DNA of 32,000 bases, taken from NCBI RefSeq assembly GCF_000017845.1, contig NC_010546.1, positions 990,001 to 1,022,000 of the forward strand. The letters are read 5' to 3'. Origin of the DNA: Crocosphaera subtropica ATCC 51142. GTDB taxonomy: Bacteria; Cyanobacteriota; Cyanobacteriia; Cyanobacteriales; Microcystaceae. Numbering within the stretch: the first letter of the stretch is position 1; every line of letters starts with the position of its first letter. The notes under the pieces are model-generated. The model searched no databases. It had not been told where the DNA came from and saw only the letters and a list, made by a program, of their open reading frames with translations. This document shows, in pieces, positions 28,475 through 32,000 of this stretch. A program made the translations under genes and the position numbers.

Positions 28475-28717
28475 ATGACACAAGCAATGGCCTTAACCCC
28501 CGACAATGTAGAACAAGTCTTAGATGAAATGCGTCCCTATTTAATGGCAGACGGTGGCAATGTTGAATTAGTGGAAATCGAAGGACCCATCGTTAAACTT
28601 CGGTTACAGGGAGCTTGTGGCTCTTGTCCTAGCTCAACCATGACCCTAAAGATGGGCATTGAAAGACGCTTAAGAGAAATGATCCCTGAAATTGCCGAAG
28701 TAGAACAAGCATTCTAA
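28475..28717 (+). CDS. nfuA: NifU C-terminal-domain (Nfu-type) Fe-S scaffold protein
   Basis: 80 aa. Contains [28 protein letters not shown] (CxxC). Confidence 0.9.
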   Translation: MTQAMALTPDNVEQVLDEMRPYLMADGGNVELVEIEGPIVKLRLQGACGSCPSSTMTLKMGIERRLREMIPEIAEVEQAF

Positions 28718-28820
28718 AGGATGACAACCCTCGTCAGTAAAAACGGGGGTTTTTTAATAAATAATTTTGCCAGGAGGCCATCACCCAGATAAGATAGAAT
28801 TCATCCCCAATCATTAACTT

Positions 28821-29567
28821 TTGCTGAGGACAAACGTGAAGCTATTTGTCTATCATACGCCTGAACTAACCCCAACAGACCATTTGCCAGACTGTGCCGT
28901 TGTCATCGATGTCTTACGAGCAACCACCACCATTGCCACAGTTCTAGAAGCCGGTGCAGAAGCAGTCCAAACCTTCAGCGATATTGATAAATTGATCGCA
29001 GTTAGTGAGCAATGGCTACCAGAAAAACGCATTCGAGCAGGGGAAAGGGGTGGAGCAAAAGTAGAAGGCTTTGATCTCGGTAATTCGCCCTTAGAGTGTC
29101 CCCCTGATACCGTAGCCGACAAACGTTTCTTTTTAACCACCACCAATGGCACTCGCGCTCTACAACGGGTTGAAAAAGCCTCAACAGTCATCACTGCGGC
29201 CATGATTAATCGACAAGCTGCGGTTGACTATATTATCAAAAATCAACCCGAAACCGTCTGGTTAGTAGGATCGGGATGGGAAGGGGGTTATTCCCTCGAA
29301 GATACCGTGTGTGCAGGTGCGATCGCCCATGCTTTGATTATTCATGATCCTCAAATGGTAGAAGTGAGTAACGATGAAGTCATTGCAGCGACCGCTTTAT
29401 ATGCTCAATGGCATGATAATCTTCTAGAGATGTTTCACCGTTCCAGTCACGGCCAAAGATTGTTACGGTTAAACTGTCATGAGGATTTACAATACTGCGC
29501 TAAAAGTGACATTATAGAAGTATTACCGATACAAAAAGAACCAGGAGTCTTGGTTAAATTCTCCTAA
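28821..29567 (+). CDS. comB: 2-phosphosulfolactate phosphatase family protein (ComB-like)
   Basis: The family block is [12 protein letters not shown], with ...[15 protein letters not shown]. The track start is TTG at 28821. The GTG at 28836, giving (M)KLFVYHTPE, is the more likely start. Confidence 0.85.
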   Translation: MLRTNVKLFVYHTPELTPTDHLPDCAVVIDVLRATTTIATVLEAGAEAVQTFSDIDKLIAVSEQWLPEKRIRAGERGGAKVEGFDLGNSPLECPPDTVADKRFFLTTTNGTRALQRVEKASTVITAAMINRQAAVDYIIKNQPETVWLVGSGWEGGYSLEDTVCAGAIAHALIIHDPQMVEVSNDEVIAATALYAQWHDNLLEMFHRSSHGQRLLRLNCHEDLQYCAKSDIIEVLPIQKEPGVLVKFS

Positions 29568-29616
29568 GCATCCTATGCTGGTTTAGCTTCAGTGAATCGC
29601 CGAGGAAAGCCGAGTT

Positions 29617-30807
29617 ATGAAAATTTTGGTATTGACTTGGGAATTCCCCCCCCGTCTTGTGGGAGGTATTGCCCGTCATGTTGCCGAATTATATCCAGAA
29701 ATTGTCAAATTAGGCCACGAAATCCATTTAGTCACCGTAGAATTCGGCCAAAGTCCCCCCTATGAAGTGGTTGATGGGGTTCATGTTTATCGAGTTCCGG
29801 TGCAAGAAGCTAACAACTTTTTTCAATGGATTGTCCACATGAATAATAGCATGGGTCATCATGGGGGACAATTAATCCAAGAAAAAGGTCCCTTTGATTT
29901 AATTCATGCCCATGACTGGTTGGTGGGAGATGCAGCGATCGCTCTCAAACATTTATTTAAAATTCCTCTCATTGCCACCATTCACGCCACAGAATATGGT
30001 CGTTACAACGGCATCCATAATGATACTCAACGCTACATCTCCAATAAAGAGGGAAGCTTAATCTATGATTCTTGGCGAGTGATTGTTTGTAGTGATTATA
30101 TGCGTTACGAACTCAAACGGGCTTTTGAAACCCCTTTAGATAAGGTCGATATTATTTATAATGGCATTCGACCTGAGAAGAAGCATAAAGATCCTAATTT
30201 TGATTATCTGGCTTTTCGTCGTCAATTTGCCTTAGATCACGAAAAAATTATCTATTATGTGGGGAGAATGACCCGTGAAAAGGGGGTTTCTATCCTCCTA
30301 CAAGCAGCAGCTAAAGTATTATGGGAGTTACAGGGGAATGCCAAAATAGTGATTATTGGTGGAGGCAATACTCAGCATCTGCAAGTAGAAGCTTTTGAAT
30401 TGGGCATTGGCAACCGCTGTTGTTTTACTGGATTTATGTCCGATGAAGATTTAGATCGCTTTCAAACCATCGCTGACTGTGCTGTCTTTCCCAGTTTATA
30501 CGAACCCTTTGGGATTGTCGCCTTAGAAAGTTTCGCAGCCCGTGTCCCAGTAGTGGTATCCAGTACGGGGGGATTACCTGAAGTGGTTCATCATCAAAAA
30601 ACAGGCATCGTGACCGAGGTGAATAACCCTGATTCTTTGGCTTGGGGAATTTTAGAAATATTAAGAAACCCTGATTATGGTCAACAGTTAGTGGAAAAAG
30701 CCTATGAAGAATTAGCTTTGCGTTTTGGCTGGCCACAACTAGCAAAACAAACGGAAGCCGTTTATGAGGTAGTGTGTGAACAGCGATCGCAAATTCATTG
30801 GGAGTAG
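29617..30807 (+). CDS. Glycosyltransferase family 4 (GT-B, group 1)
   Basis: 396 aa with the N-terminus MKILVLTWEFPPRLVGGIARHV. The E-x7-E region is EPFGIVALESFAA, followed by GGLPEVV. Confidence 0.88.
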   Translation: MKILVLTWEFPPRLVGGIARHVAELYPEIVKLGHEIHLVTVEFGQSPPYEVVDGVHVYRVPVQEANNFFQWIVHMNNSMGHHGGQLIQEKGPFDLIHAHDWLVGDAAIALKHLFKIPLIATIHATEYGRYNGIHNDTQRYISNKEGSLIYDSWRVIVCSDYMRYELKRAFETPLDKVDIIYNGIRPEKKHKDPNFDYLAFRRQFALDHEKIIYYVGRMTREKGVSILLQAAAKVLWELQGNAKIVIIGGGNTQHLQVEAFELGIGNRCCFTGFMSDEDLDRFQTIADCAVFPSLYEPFGIVALESFAARVPVVVSSTGGLPEVVHHQKTGIVTEVNNPDSLAWGILEILRNPDYGQQLVEKAYEELALRFGWPQLAKQTEAVYEVVCEQRSQIHWE

Positions 30808-30866
30808 TTATGAATTCAAAATTAAGGATAATATAGTTATGATAATAAGCCGATGGGGTATTATCA

Positions 30867-31316
30867 ATGAAATGGATCGTTTATGTTGTAATAACTATCA
30901 TTGTTTATAGTATTATCATTATTAAACTAAAAGTCAAAACCCAAAGAGAAAAAGTTAGAGAAGCTTACATTTTTTGGAATACTCTAATATTTTTTCTTGT
31001 GTTTGAATTTATTTTTATTGAGTCTATTGTTAGTCAATTTTTATTACATCTTTTTGGTTTATTACTATCCTTTATTTACTCAGTTTCTATCTACCTTTAC
31101 TTAAAATCTATTAGGAAAGATATTGATACTATTTTTTATAAATTATTAGAACAAAGTCATGGTAAAATTAGTATATTAACCTTTATGCAAGCCACAGAAT
31201 TACCTCCCAATAAAGCTCAAGATTATTTAGACAAAAAAATGAGGGAATTAAAAGGTAATCGTCATAGTACCCGTGGTAATATTTATTATGAATTTAGTGG
31301 GTGGCAAAACTATTAA
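30867..31316 (+). CDS. Hypothetical membrane protein
   Basis: 149 aa. Three hydrophobic spans are followed by a soluble tail of about 60 aa. The gene is very AT-rich and I recognise no family. Confidence 0.5.
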   Translation: MKWIVYVVITIIVYSIIIIKLKVKTQREKVREAYIFWNTLIFFLVFEFIFIESIVSQFLLHLFGLLLSFIYSVSIYLYLKSIRKDIDTIFYKLLEQSHGKISILTFMQATELPPNKAQDYLDKKMRELKGNRHSTRGNIYYEFSGWQNY

Positions 31317-31366
31317 ATGGCTAAATAAAAAATAAATACACTCAGCGTTCAGTGTTATAAGAATAT

Positions 31367-31400
31367 AGCTGATAGCTGAACGCTTATAAACTAGCTAATT
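31367..31400 (-). repeat. 34-nt dispersed repeat, copy 2 (overlaps the stop and last codons of the adjacent gene)
   Basis: The reverse complement aattagctagtttAtaagcgttcagctatcagcT matches 6628-6660. It encodes the ...KLASL* end of the minus-strand ORF. Confidence 0.7.
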
Positions 31401-32000
31401 TAATCGAAGGTACAAGATAGGAGTGTGACTTTTCATCCTTTCTAAGAACTTCCTCTATATCATCAATAACTTGAGGATAGTTCTGATGATATCGTTGTTG
31501 ATCAGAACGAATTTTTTTTAGATGTTGATGAATATTATTTTGATTAATAATGACTCCAAAATCTTGAGGAATATTAGCTTTTTTTTGGCGGTTCCTATTA
31601 ACAACTAATTCTATGATCAAGTTACCAACTTCTGGGCGATAGTGGTCGGAATCAATATAGCCTTTTAAATGATATTTCTGATCAACATTAGGAATATCTT
31701 CTGTTGTAATACTATTATAACCAGTAAAATCCCATAAATCAACTTGATTAGATAACCCAAGATTATTATGAGCTTTTTCAATAACATTGACTAAATCTTT
31801 TTTCCATCGTTCAAACATAGGAAACTGGCCAGCAATTCTCATGGCTTCTAAATTTTGTATATGAATAGGAGAAATAAATAAATAGAGTTTAATATTATTT
31901 TCTAAACAATGGCTAACAATATCCTCAAATGCTTTCAGCTGAGACTGTTGGTAGTCAACCCGTTGATAACGAATAAAATTATATCGTAGTTTTTGAGTAA
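31384..32000 (-). CDS. Hypothetical protein, 5'-truncated by the window edge
   Basis: The track gives 31384-31842 from the first Met. My hand translation upstream of 31842 finds no stop through nt 32000 (...YNFIRYQRVDYQQSQLKAFEDIVSHCLENNIKLYLFISPIHIQNLEAMRIAG...). The gene therefore probably starts outside the window. Family not recognised. Confidence 0.6.
   Translation of the reverse strand, partial: TQKLRYNFIRYQRVDYQQSQLKAFEDIVSHCLENNIKLYLFISPIHIQNLEAMRIAGQFPMFERWKKDLVNVIEKAHNNLGLSNQVDLWDFTGYNSITTEDIPNVDQKYHLKGYIDSDHYRPEVGNLIIELVVNRNRQKKANIPQDFGVIINQNNIHQHLKKIRSDQQRYHQNYPQVIDDIEEVLRKDEKSHSYLVPSIKLASL

Overview
This is a cyanobacterial chromosomal segment. The evidence is photosystem I genes, petH and prk in divergent orientation, many HIP1 palindromes (GCGATCGC, e.g. 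501-508, 7330-7337, 8683-8690, 9486-9493, 15736-15743, 16664-16671) and several STRR-like heptamer tracts. The AT-rich, unicellular Cyanothece/Crocosphaera-like look of the sequence is inference only. Most of the window is housekeeping: the psaB 3' part, an orphan ABC permease, petH, prk, gdhA, trpF, psaK, an FHA protein, a ClpC-like unfoldase, a cellulose-synthase-like GT2, sufD-sufS, an FAD-linked oxidase, a double-CAP-domain lipoprotein, queE, an RRM RNA-binding protein, plsC, a DEDDy exonuclease, nfu, a comB-like gene and a GT4 glycosyltransferase. I found no rRNA, tRNA, CRISPR array, transposase or integrase. The most unusual locus is 22567-25964. It holds a membrane protein with a CxxC-less HMA-like domain, then a P1B-like P-type ATPase with the same N-terminal domain. 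The ATPase has no CPx-type transmembrane metal motif. Next come two paralogous small membrane proteins in convergent orientation. Other points worth a second look are a ClpC paralog lacking the middle/UVR domain (FHA gene upstream), a GT2 synthase with a degenerate PilZ-like tail, and a roughly 40-80 nt dispersed repeat that sits just after terminators of + strand genes. A 34-nt repeat is also shared between the prk-downstream spacer and the 3' end of the last gene. All protein calls rest on motifs and family resemblance recognised by eye from the supplied translations. No database or HMM search was possible.
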